Below, piece by piece: positions 10,556-21,396 of a stretch of 26,279 nucleotides of DNA. Position numbers and translations under genes: made by a program. A model generated the notes under the pieces. The model was not told the origin of the DNA and searched no databases. It was given only the letters and a program-made list of their open reading frames with translations. Positions within the stretch are counted from its first letter, which is position 1. Each line of letters starts with the position of its first letter. The DNA is from Octopus sinensis. Taxonomy: Eukaryota. Where the stretch lies: contig NW_021836050.1 of assembly GCF_006345805.1 (NCBI RefSeq), positions 1 to 26,279 on the forward strand, written 5' to 3'.

Positions 10556-10786
10556 TATTTCTTTACTACCCACAAGGGGCTAAACATAGAGGGGACAATC
10601 AAAGACAGACAAAGGGATTAAGTCGATTACATCGACTCCAGTGCGAAACTGGTACTTAATTTATCGACCCCGAAAGGATGAAAGGCAAAGTCGACCTCGG
10701 CGGAATTTGAACTCAGAATGTAACAACAGACGAAATACGGCTACGCATTTCGCCCGGCTAGCTAACGTTTCTGCCAGCTCGCCGCC
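10556..10786 (-). mobile_element. Full-length tRNA-derived SINE, type A (tail variant X)
   Basis: Minus strand ggcggcgagctggcagaaacgttag...gagttcaaattccgccgaggtcgactttgcctttcatcctttcggggtcgata...agccccttgtgggtagtaaagaaat. Confidence 0.9.
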
Positions 10787-10926
10787 CTTACATACATACA
10801 TATATACATACATACATATATACATACGTACATACATACATAATACACACACATACACATATATATATATATATATACATACAAAGATATATATATATAC
10901 ATACATATACATATATAAATACATAC

Positions 10927-11368
10927 ATATACATATATACATACGTGCCCCCTAGCCCTCCTTGTCTTTTCACTGTCTTGTTTTTGTTACCAACTTTGGC
11001 CCTCCGCAAAATCCCAAATTTTATTTAATTTGCTTTGAGGGAGCAACTGTTATGTCGAAAATGTATCTTGTTGTGAAATGCTCGAAATACGAAGCAGAAA
11101 AACAACCAACAACTGATGAAGGGCCGCTTTTTTTTCGTGTTGCTTGTCTTGTTTTCCGTTTGTTTCTTTTGTTGTTCGCAAAAAAGCTCGTATTTCATGT
11201 TGTTTTCGTATTTTATGTTTATTTTATGTTGTTTACATTCCGTAGTGTCTTATGTTCATATATACATGTATATACAAATATATGTGTATGTATGCACACA
11301 TATATTTATACATTATTTATATTATCATATGATTGAACGCCACGCATCCTTTTCCAAGTAAGTTTTAT

Positions 11369-11426
<58 letters not shown>

Positions 11427-11888
11427 ATACATATATACATACGTGCCCCCTAGCCCTCCTTGTCTTTTCACTGTCTTGTTTTTGTTACCAACTTTGGCCC
11501 TCCGCAAAATCCCAAATTTTATTTAATTTGCTTTGAGGGAGCAACTGTTATGTCGAAAATGTATCTTGTTGTGAAATGCTCGAAATACGAAGCAGAAAAA
11601 CAACCAACAACTGATGAAGGGCCGCTTTTTTTTCGTGTTGCTTGTCTTGTTTTCCGTTTGTTTCTTTTGTTGTTCGCAAAAAAGCTCGTATTTCATGTTG
11701 TTTTCGTATTTTATGTTTATTTTATGTTGTTTACATTCCGTAGTGTCTTATGTTCATATATACATGTATATACAAATATATGTGTATGTATGCACACATA
11801 TATTTATACATTATTTATATTATCATATGATTGAACGCCACGCATCCTTTTCCAAGTAAGTTTTATCCTATATATATATATATATATA
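10927..11888. repeat. Exact tandem duplication, period 498 bp
   Basis: 10945-11370 and 11443-11868 appear identical by eye (identical 124-aa and 81-aa ORFs offset by 498); both units are bounded by TA-type microsatellites. Confidence 0.95.
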
Positions 11889-11945
11889 ATATATATATAT
11901 ATATTATATATTATATATATATATATATTATATATATATACATAC

Positions 11946-11995
<50 letters not shown>

Positions 11996-12065
11996 TTATG
12001 TATATATATATCTATAATATATCTATATATATATATTTATATGTAATATATATATGCGGTATATA

Positions 12066-12099
<34 letters not shown>

Positions 12100-12123
12100 A
12101 TATATATATATTATATATATATA

Positions 12124-12161
<38 letters not shown>

Positions 12162-12200
12162 TATATATATTACATATATATATATATATATATATGTATA
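11869..12200. repeat. Long interrupted (TA)n microsatellite
   Basis: About 330 bp almost entirely of TA dinucleotides, abutting the LINE 5' junction. Confidence 0.95.
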
Positions 12201-12836
12201 AGTGAGAAACCTGCCCAGGAAGTAAACCCAAGTGTAAGTGCTCCTACCAGCACCAAAATCCATGGAGATGAAAGAGCCAAAAAAAAAATAAGAGGAGGAA
12301 AAACTAAAAGAAGAAAAAAAGATGAAACAGCCAAAAAAGGAAAAACTAAAACTCAAGCAAAACCAAAAGATGAAACAGCCAAGGATAGAAGCAAACCTAA
12401 CTATCCATGTACCAAAAAGGATAGAAACAGACAGAGCACACGAATATGTAAATTCTACATGAAAGGTGTCTGCTGGCATGGAGAGGAAGGTGCAGACTGC
12501 CGTTTTTCACATCGAAGACCCTGCCACATAAACTCGAAACAAGTCAGAAACCAACTACCTAAAGGAAAAGGAATGGACCACGCACCACCTGCCCCAAAAC
12601 GGAAGTACGCAGATGTGGTGCGTGCCACAAACTGCCAACGTTTTGTTGAAAGGGCAGCTGCTGAACAAGAATCTTTTTTGTGCATGGCACAAAAGATTGT
12701 ACAGCAGCTAACCTGGCTCCATCAAACTCAAGCCCGCAGATGGGACCATCCACAATTCACAAGACCACCAAAGCAAATAGACCCAAGGTGGACACCGCCG
12801 GCAACAGCATACACCTCACCTCGATGCTCCTACTGA
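12201..12836 (+). pseudogene. LINE ORF1 remnant (211 codons, no start codon): Lys/Arg-rich region plus CCCH zinc finger
   Basis: The frame of ORF 12459-12836 is open back to 12201 (SEKPAQEV...KIRGGKTKRRKKDETAK...RICKFYMKGVCWHGEEGADCRFSH): C-x7-C-x8-C-x3-H at about 12447-12512. Confidence 0.75.
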
Positions 12837-15800
12837 ACATCAGAGGACTGCTAACACACAGTAACAGGACAAAAATCCCGTTCTTGAGAGACTTTGTTGC
12901 ATGCAATCAAGCTTATGCATAGCACTTACGGAAACACACCTGAAACCGGACATAGCGGATGCGGAATTACACATACCACAGTATGTTGTACTACGGACCG
13001 ACAGAAAAGAAAGGAGACATGGAGGAGTTGCTATGTACATTCGTGAGGACCTCACACCCCAGGTCCTTTTGTCATACTCAAACTCGGTGTGTGACACACT
13101 AATTGTACATGTAAGGCAACTTGGTGTGGTTGTGTGTGCTACATATCGCCCTCCAGATGCCCCAAGCCATATAGGCAAGTTTGAAGACTGCCTTATAAAA
13201 ATAGAAGAAGTTCTAGTCACACTAGAACAACACATAAGTGTACTTCTCATGGGAGACTTCAATCTACCCAATGTCAGATGGCCCGAGGGCCTTTCTCTCC
13301 CAGGAATGACACGATGTGAACAAGGACAGGCGAGGTCCCTCCTGAACCTCATCAACACCCTGTACATGGAGCAAGTAATACTCCAACCAACCAGGGCAGG
13401 TAACACACTGGATCTCTGCTTCACAAATAATATGGATCTCATCCATAATGTGAAAGTGACACCGACACTACTCTCGGATCACAACATGGTAGAGCTGACC
13501 ATGTACGGGCCAAAGGAAAGCATGGACATGCAGCCTACAAGAAACTCTGAGAATCTTTCCAGCTTGAACTTCCATAAGGCAAACTGGAAACAAATTGAGA
13601 AAGAGATCCTCAAACAAAACTGACCTGAATGTCTCTCCTCGCCAGACATCGACATGAGAATCTTTCCAGCTTGAACTTCCATAAGGCAAACTGGAAACAA
13701 ATTGAGAAAGAGATCCTCAAACAAAACTGGCCTGAATGTCTCTCCTCGCCAGACATCGACATGAAACTTCAACAATTCATGTCTGTAATGCAAGCCATAT
13801 GCTACAAATGTGTCCCAGAGAGAAAGGCCACTGTACACAAGAACAAAATCCCCAGAGAGAGGAAAATTCTAATGAGACGGCGTACAAAAATCTCAAATCG
13901 CCTAAACAAACAAATTGAAAACAGTGAAAAGTCCCGCCTGAAAATAAAACTGTTGGAAATTGAAAAATGTCTGCAACTCTCCCATGAAAAGGAAAGAGCA
14001 GACAAAGAAGCCTGGGCTATAGACAACATAAAATCAAACCCCAGAGCTTTCTACAGGTATGCCAAAGAAACAGCTACGGTGCACTGTAGGATAGGGCCAC
14101 TCCTTGAAAGGGATGGCACACTCACAGGAAATCCAATGAGGGTAAGTGAAATACTAAATGAGCAATTCAAGAGTGTTTTCACCCCACCCCTTGGGCATTT
14201 CCAAATCAGCAATCCAACTGACTTCTTCACCACTGCAGATATGGGGTCAGAGGCGGCGATGATTGATTACATCAATATAAAGGAAGACGATGTAATAAAG
14301 GCTATAGATGAGATGAAAACAAACTCAGCTACTGGCCCCGATGGATTCCCGCAATCCTTCTAAAAGTATGTAAGAGAGTACTAGCAAGACCACTGCAGTT
14401 TCTCTTTCAGAGCTTCCTTGCAACTGGCAAACTTCCAAGAAAACTGAAGGAAGGTAAAATATGCCCTATTCATAAAGGAGGTAGCAGAGCGGAGGCCAAG
14501 AACTACAGACCTATCTCTCTGACCTCACACATCAGCAAGGTCATGGAACGAATAGTCAGAAGGAAACTAATCACCTTCCATGAAGAAAATGACTTGCTGC
14601 CTGACACCCAACATGGTTTCCGACCAGGAAGAAGCTGCTTAACTCAGCTCCTACAACACTATGATTGGGTGCTGAAACGACTGCTCAACCACTCAAATGT
14701 GGAAGTGATATATCTCGACTTTGCAAAGGCCTTTGATAAAGTCGATCATGGAATGATATGTCACAAACTGTGTGATCTTGGCATAGTTGGAAAATTGGGA
14801 GAATGGCTTCATGACTTTCTGAAGGATAGAAGTCAGGTGGTAGTAGCCAATGGGGCTACTTCCATTAACACGCAAATAGTGAGCGGTGTTCCGCAGGGCA
14901 CTGTTCTGGGACCACTACTGTTCATAATGGCCCTCTCAGACATGCCCTCAGCTACGCAGAGAGCCACGATCACAAGTTATGCAGATGATTCAAAAGTTTC
15001 ACAGGCAATACAGAACCCTGAAGACACTAAGCACCTGCAATGTGAGCTGGACAAAATATACAAGTGGGCTGAAAAGAATAGCATGCAGTTCAATGCTGAA
15101 AAGTTTCAAGCTTTATACTATCAGCATGCAAAACTGAATGCAATACCCAATGAATACACTGGACCCGGAGGGATCGCAATCCCAGAGGCACAATCAGTGC
15201 GTGACCTGGGTATTTACATGAGCGATGACGCAACCTTTCATGTACATGTTGCTAAACTGGCAATGAAATGTAGACGGCTGGCCGGATAGATTCTTAGAAC
15301 CTTTAGAACAAGAGAACAAGAAACCATGATGGTCCTCTGGAAGACACTTGTCCTAAGCCACTTTGACTATTGCTCTCAGCTATGGTCACCATCCAGTGTC
15401 AATTTGATCACAGAACTTGAGGCGATCCAACGTAGCTACACGAAGAAGATAACCTCTGTGCAACATATAAGATACTGGGAAAGACTCAAGAGATTAAAAC
15501 TCTATTCCTTGGAGCGTAGGCGAGAAAGATATGCCATAATATACATCTGGAAGATCCTGGAAGGAATTGTCCCAAACTTTGGCATCGAGAGTTACACAAA
15601 TGCCAGAACTGGGCGCCACTGCGTGGTGCCAAGGACTCCAAATTTGCCATCAAGATGTAGGACAAGATACTGTGATAGCCTGGGCTTCAGAGGCCCACAG
15701 CTCTTCAATATCCTCCCGAAGAACCTGAGGGACCTGCATGGGGTGGATGCGGATGTCTTTAAAGTAGGACTGGATCTCTTCCTGTCAGGTGTCCAGGATG

Positions 15801-15887
15801 AACCAACTTCACGGCAGGAGGTGCAGATGAGAGCAGCTGCATCAAACTCTCATGCACCAAATGGCAGTTGCTAAAAAGCATTCGTGA
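12824..15887 (+). pseudogene. LINE ORF2: apurinic-like endonuclease plus reverse transcriptase, disrupted
   Basis: APE motifs NIRGL, ALTETHL, YRPP, GDFN, LDL, SDH; RT motifs YRPISLTS, QHGFRPGRSC, YLDFAKAFDKVDH, GVPQGTVLGP, YADD. Lesions: 1-bp loss near 12910, 107-bp duplication with TGA at 13621, 1-bp loss near 14350, TAG at 15287, 2-bp loss near 15850. Confidence 0.95.
13548..13764 (+). repeat. 107-bp tandem duplication inside LINE ORF2
   Basis: Period 107; TGA at 13548, 13655 and 13762 marks the junction microhomology; one mismatch (13623 A versus 13730 G). Confidence 0.95.
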
Positions 15888-16389
15888 GGTAAAATCGTGT
15901 AGCAACACCAAATGGCGGTACCCCAGCATGGCCACAGCTCAAGAGCTGAAACTGGAAAACATAAACATAAACATAAACATATATATATGTACATATGTAT
16001 GTATATTCAGATACAGAGAGAAACCTTAACTATCCCTGAATCCAAGCATGAAGATATATGCGATAATTGGGGTAATGGTGATGTTTAATAATTAAAAATA
16101 CGAACAACTGTTTGCTAAGTCGCCACTCTTTCTCTCTTCCCATAAATACTCCTTATTGCAACTGAAACTCATTTCTCACTACACATTGAAAAGACTTAAC
16201 CAAAAACTGATCGTACAGTAATAGACCTTAACTCAATGATCATCCAACAAATCAAGCGTAACGGCTGCTACAAAATATTTGATATCTTTAACATGGAATA
16301 AATTGAGACTTAAGTTTTCTTCTGGGTCGATTACTTAAGTTAAACAACTATGTTTGTTACTCTGAATTAGATACTATAGCCACATTTAC

Positions 16390-17850
16390 ATGATATTGGT
16401 TTCAACAGACTCTACTATACTAAACTTGTTACAGCAACCTCTAATTTTCTGAGCTGCAAAAATTTGCCTACACAACTTAGAAATGGCTTTGGCAGTCTCT
16501 ATTACCCTTAACTAGCTACAATCGACTCTCAACCTCTGATCTCCTTACAAGTGTCTCTGCTCCCCTGATATTGTTACAAATCTGATCCGATTATCTGGTT
16601 ACAGCAGCAGTTTAATTTCATTCTGTTCCTTTGATCTGGCTACAACATTCTCTGCTCTTCTGATCTAGCTAGAAGTGTCTCTGGTGTTGGGATCAAACAG
16701 CAACAGTTTCTGATAATCTGAGCTCATTACAACCAACTCTGATCTACTTAGCTGGCTACAAATGCCTCTACTTCAGTGAATTGGCTAAAATAGCTCCTGA
16801 ATCCTCATCCATCTGTAACAGTTTCTGATCTAGTCTGTTTATAGCTTCCTCTGTAACTATGGGCTGGATACAAAAGCCTATAATAATCTACCCTGGTTAC
16901 AACAGTTTTTGATATTTTTTATCTGGTTAATACAACACATTGTCTTCTGATTTGGCTGTAACTGTGAATCTCTGACGAGCTACTAGTTTTTTCAATCCTG
17001 TTGATCTAGTTACAGCTGTGTCTGATCACTTGATCTCATATGACACTCGGATCCCATAAACTATATAAAACAGTCTCTGATTTTCTGATCTGGATAAAAC
17101 TGTTTTCTGATCCTCCGATTTGTTTACAAAAGCTTTTGAACTTCTGAACTGGCAAAACAACTTGTGATGCTTTGATTTGGATACAACCCACTCTATTACT
17201 CTCATTTTGTTACAACTGGCTTTGATCATTTTGATCATCTAATTTGGTTGAACTGTCTGTAATAATCTGATCTGGCTACGATTGTTCCAGGTCCTCTTAT
17301 TTGACTACAAATATCTCTGATCCTGCTGACTGTCTACAAATATCTGGTAATCTGTAAAGGCTGCAACAGTATCTGATCCACAAACTGTCTACAACTTTGC
17401 CTGATTCTCCTATCTGGCTACAACTGACTCTGGGGCTCTGATCTAGCTATAAAATCTTCTGGTCCTTTGATCATGCTACAACACCATCTGATTCGCTGAC
17501 CAGGCTTCAACATCTTTCAGCCGCTGACCTGGCCACAATCGAATCTGTTCCTCTACCCTGATTATAAATGTTTCTGATTCTCTTAATTAACTATAACAGA
17601 TAGTTAAAACAGAGGCTGGTTAAAACAGCCTCTGATCCCCTGACCCGACTGCAAGAATCTCTGATAATATGATCTGGTTACAAATATCGCTCGTCATTGC
17701 ATTTGATCACAAATGTCTCTGACCTACAACTGTTACTGATCATCTAATCTGGATACTACTGTCCTTGTTTTGTCTTATGTTGCTAAAATAACCTCTGAAT
17801 CTTTGATCTGTCTACAACTAGCTCTGAATTTCTGAAATGGCTTCAAACTA
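16390..17850. repeat. Highly diverged 29-bp tandem array (about 50 units), approximate consensus GATCTGGCTACAACAGTCTCTGATCCTCT
   Basis: Unit starts at 16633, 16662, 16691, 16720, 16749, 16778; 16861, 16890; 17411, 17440, 17469, 17498; 17642, 17671. Spacing is mostly exactly 29. Confidence 0.85.
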
Positions 17851-18506
17851 AATTAGACAGAAAGCTTTATTCATAGCAAAATCTCAAATAAAAAATTAGC
17901 ATATTGATACTGCACACACGTAATAAATTATGAAAATAACCTTTGATTACAATTTTATCAAATAAAGCAGTGAAAGTAAAGATAAGCTTCATGCAATAAT
18001 AGAGCAATTTTTTTTTCCACACTTCATTCAGAAGTTGGAAACGAGGTCTAACAACGTTGATAGATTTCAATATATTATTATTCCGAAACCATATATTTAG
18101 AATAGGTAAAGAAATATAAAAAAATAATCGTTATTAATAATAAAAATGATCAAACTCATAATAGTCGTGTCTTTCATATAAAAATGATTGAACGGAAGCC
18201 TGTTCACTATACATACTTAACCTCACACATTCGCACGCATACACACACAGAGTCACACACACATTATATAGATGTGAGTGTATGCAAGTATATACATATG
18301 TGCGTGTATATATATATATATATACATTATATATCTATATATCTATATATATGCATATTTATATATATATAGACATATTATATATGCATATATTATGCAT
18401 ATATTTATAATATATACATGTACATATATATATATATATATATACGCATACATATAAATATATATGTATATATATAAATCTATCTATCTATCTATATATA
18501 TATATA

Positions 18507-18741
18507 TTTTTTTTGTTTTTTTTGTTTTTTGTTTTTCCAGTTTCAGCTCTTGAGCTGTGGCCATGCTGGGGCACCGCCATTGTGGTGAAAGAGTACAGCA
18601 GGGATCACCACCCCCTGCCGGAGCCTCGTAGAGCTTTTAGGTGTTTTTATCAATAAACACACACAACGCCCAGTCTGAGAATCGAAACCGCGATCCTGCG
18701 ACCGCGAGTCCGCTGCCCTAACCACTAGGCCATTACGCCTC
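18507..18741 (-). mobile_element. tRNA-derived SINE ending in the LINE 3' tail
   Basis: A-box TGGCCTAGTGG (18722-18732), B-box GGTTTCGATTC (18679-18689); 18533-18581 matches LINE 15911-15959 at 48 of 49 nt; A-rich tail; (TA)n on both flanks. Confidence 0.9.
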
Positions 18742-18917
18742 TATATATATAAATATTATCATACATATATGTGTGCATTTGTATGTACATGCACACGCAC
18801 ATACACAAACATACACACACGCACATACACGCTTACACACACACACATATCATGGTGTTTTTCCTTAGGCAGAGAAGTTTAATAACGAGAAGAATTGGAA
18901 TTTCCAATCCGCCATTA

Positions 18918-18995
18918 CAACAGCAGCAGCAGCACCACCAACAACAACAACAGCAGCATCAACAGCAACAGCAACAGCAACAGCAACAACAACAA
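18918..18995 (+). repeat. (CAG/CAA)n trinucleotide repeat
   Basis: Mixed CAG/CAA/CAC run. Confidence 0.9.
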
Positions 18996-19681
18996 AAACA
19001 AAAGTTCAGGGTGAAATATAGTGCAAACAGTTTGGTGCATTGTGTAATAGCAATGTGACTATAGCAGCTGCTAGCATTAGTGAATGTGACAATAGCAGGA
19101 GAGCAGTGTCAATACCCAAGAGGTTAACAAACGTGTGCGAATGACAACCATGTCACATTAGACTTCCTCTCACCCTCTCTCTCTCACTAAAATTTTCCAT
19201 GTGATGATGTCAATATTATCGATGATGGCGATGGTGATAGTGATGATGATGACGCCGGTGGTGCAGTTGGTGGCCATTTTGGAAGCAGGGTTTTGAAATG
19301 GTGGCGTTCGCAGAGATGATGACGAAGGTAGGAGAACGATGATGGTGGCTTGGGCAATGCTAGCGATCAAGATAATAGTTGCAGCAAAAACGTTTAATCG
19401 TTGCCACATGTGTGTTGCCACATGTGTGTATGGGTACGTGTGTGTGTGTATATGTGCTTGTGTATACGTGTGTGTGTATATGTGAGTTTGTGTGTGTGTG
19501 TGTGTGTGTTCGCGTCTGCGTGTGTGAGTGTGTAGTGGTCTATTTACAGGTGTTTGTTGATGAACTAATGTCTTTACAATGTAATGTTTGCGTGTTTGCC
19601 ATAGAGACGAGTTTTTCTTGAAAAGAAGCATTGCTGTAAGTTCGCACACACACACACACATATACGCACATATCTGTTTAC

Positions 19682-19750
<69 letters not shown>

Positions 19751-19887
19751 CACATGAATATATATCCATATATATATATATATGGATATATATACTAATA
19801 TATGTACGTATATATATATGTAGATATATATGTATCTATATTTTATTCTTTCACAGCATCGCATATATGTATATATACACACACACA

Positions 19888-19932
<45 letters not shown>

Positions 19933-20128
19933 TAATGCAGAATTTAAGGGACCCGCTTTATGATAATAAAGTAACGCATATTTCCATTGCAGTTCGTATT
20001 AAATTTTTTCCCGCCTCTATATTCCTGTGTGGTTAAATTTCCTTCCCAAGTAAATGGTTCCCGGTATCCTCTCTCTCTGTATATATACAACATACCTATA
20101 TATATATATATATATATAAATATATATA

Positions 20129-20174
<46 letters not shown>

Positions 20175-20278
20175 TATGTATGTATTATGTATGTATATAT
20201 GTACGTATGTATGTATATATATATATATAATATATATATAGTATATATAATATATATATATATAGTTTTATGTATGTA

Positions 20279-20852
20279 CAGGAGATGGACAAAATAATGG
20301 AACAACACCTTAAAATTTCAAACAAATTTATTTTAATACGGAGTAGAACCCTTTGGCAGTAATTGCAGCTTGAATTCTACGAGGTATGGACTCGTATAAA
20401 GTTTGAATTGTTTTCAAAGGAATCTTTGTCCATTCTTCAGCTAAAACAGTCTCCAGTTCTTGTAGTGATGAATTTGGAGGATATCGACTCCTTACTTGTT
20501 TTTCTAAAATGCACCAAAACTGTTCCATAATATTGGGATCTGGGGACTGTGGTGGCCAGATAAGATGTTCAATTTCGCTAAAATGTTCCTCGTGCCATTC
20601 AGTAACAACTTTAGCTGTATGAATAGGTGCATTATCATCCTGAAAGATTGCGTTTCCCTCCGAAAACAGTTCCGCAACCATAGGATAAATTTGATCAGAT
20701 AAAATGCTTAAATAGTCTTGACTATTAATTCTGCCATGAAAGGAAACCATTGGGCCGGCGGATTTCCAAGATGTAGCCCTCCAGATCATCACAGATCCTC
20801 CTCCATGTTTAACAGTTGGAAGAAGGCAACTTCTTTAGGCTGTCTCCACGAT
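20279..20852 (-). mobile_element. Tc1-type DNA transposon, 3' portion with one TIR
   Basis: TA|CAGGAGATGGACAAAATAATGGAAC TIR at 20277-20310; transposase motifs WRQPKE, PTVKHGGGSVMIW, FQDDNAPIH, WPPQSPDPNIME. Confidence 0.9.
20328..20850 (-). pseudogene. Tc1-like transposase catalytic-domain fragment (second D and E, 36 residues between them)
   Basis: ORF 20328-20792, extendable in frame to about 20828; first catalytic D is outside the remnant; small deletions near 20830 and at the C-terminus. Confidence 0.85.
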
Positions 20853-21097
20853 CGAATAAAACTATGACAAAAGGCCTTCTGGCCGTGATCAATCCGTCTT
20901 TTTGTAAATATTGGACTATATCCTCCAACGTGGGTTTCCTTTTCTCAAGACTGTATTGCCTTTGAATGTGATTCCAGAGCTATTTCTAGCGGGTCGGGTG
21001 ACCGCGTAGAGGTTCACTTACAGGTAATATATACGCCACAGAATCCGGGAATATCGACGTTTATAAGCTTTGATATACCTATATGATGCCACATTGG

Positions 21098-21305
21098 TTT
21101 CAAATTTTGGTACAAGGCCAGCAATTGCGGGGGAGTAGGTAAGTCAATTACATCGACCTCAGTATTCAGCTGGTATTTATTTTATCGACTCCGAAATGGT
21201 GGAAGGTAATGTCGACCTGGGCGGAATTTGAACTCAGAACATAAAGACGGACGAAATGCCGCTAAAATTTTTTTTCCGGCGTGCTAACGATTCTGCCAGC
21301 TTGCC
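21098..21305 (-). mobile_element. tRNA-derived SINE, type A (tail variant Y)
   Basis: gcggaatttgaactcagaac block and tail matching 8860-8901. Confidence 0.8.
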
Positions 21306-21396
21306 ATCTTACGATGAACACTATATTAAACAAATGCATACCATCATTGACCTCTTTAACCGTTCCACCAAATTACACATCCCAACAACAATGTGA

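Larger units (their letters stand above)
12201..15980 (+). mobile_element. Two-ORF non-LTR retrotransposon (APE+RT; CR1/L2-like or Proto2-like, clade unresolved), 5'-truncated and inactivated, with (AAACAT)4 tail
   Basis: ORF1 remnant, APE and RT motifs, 3' hairpins at 15913-15948, tail repeat at 15957-15980; both flanks are (TA)n. Confidence 0.95.

Noticed and set aside
13621-15289. Both LINE nonsense mutations are TGG to TGA/TAG, suggesting deaminase editing
   Set aside because: Two events are too few; Trp codons are the commonest single-step route to stops.
16390-17850. CRISPR-like or coding-repeat interpretation of the 29-bp array
   Set aside because: Units are contiguous with no unique spacers, the context is eukaryotic with no cas genes, and there is no long ORF on either strand.
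19170-19400. Asp/Gly-rich reading frames
   Set aside because: Degenerate (GAT/GGT)n repeat with stops and frameshifts, and no convincing splice sites.
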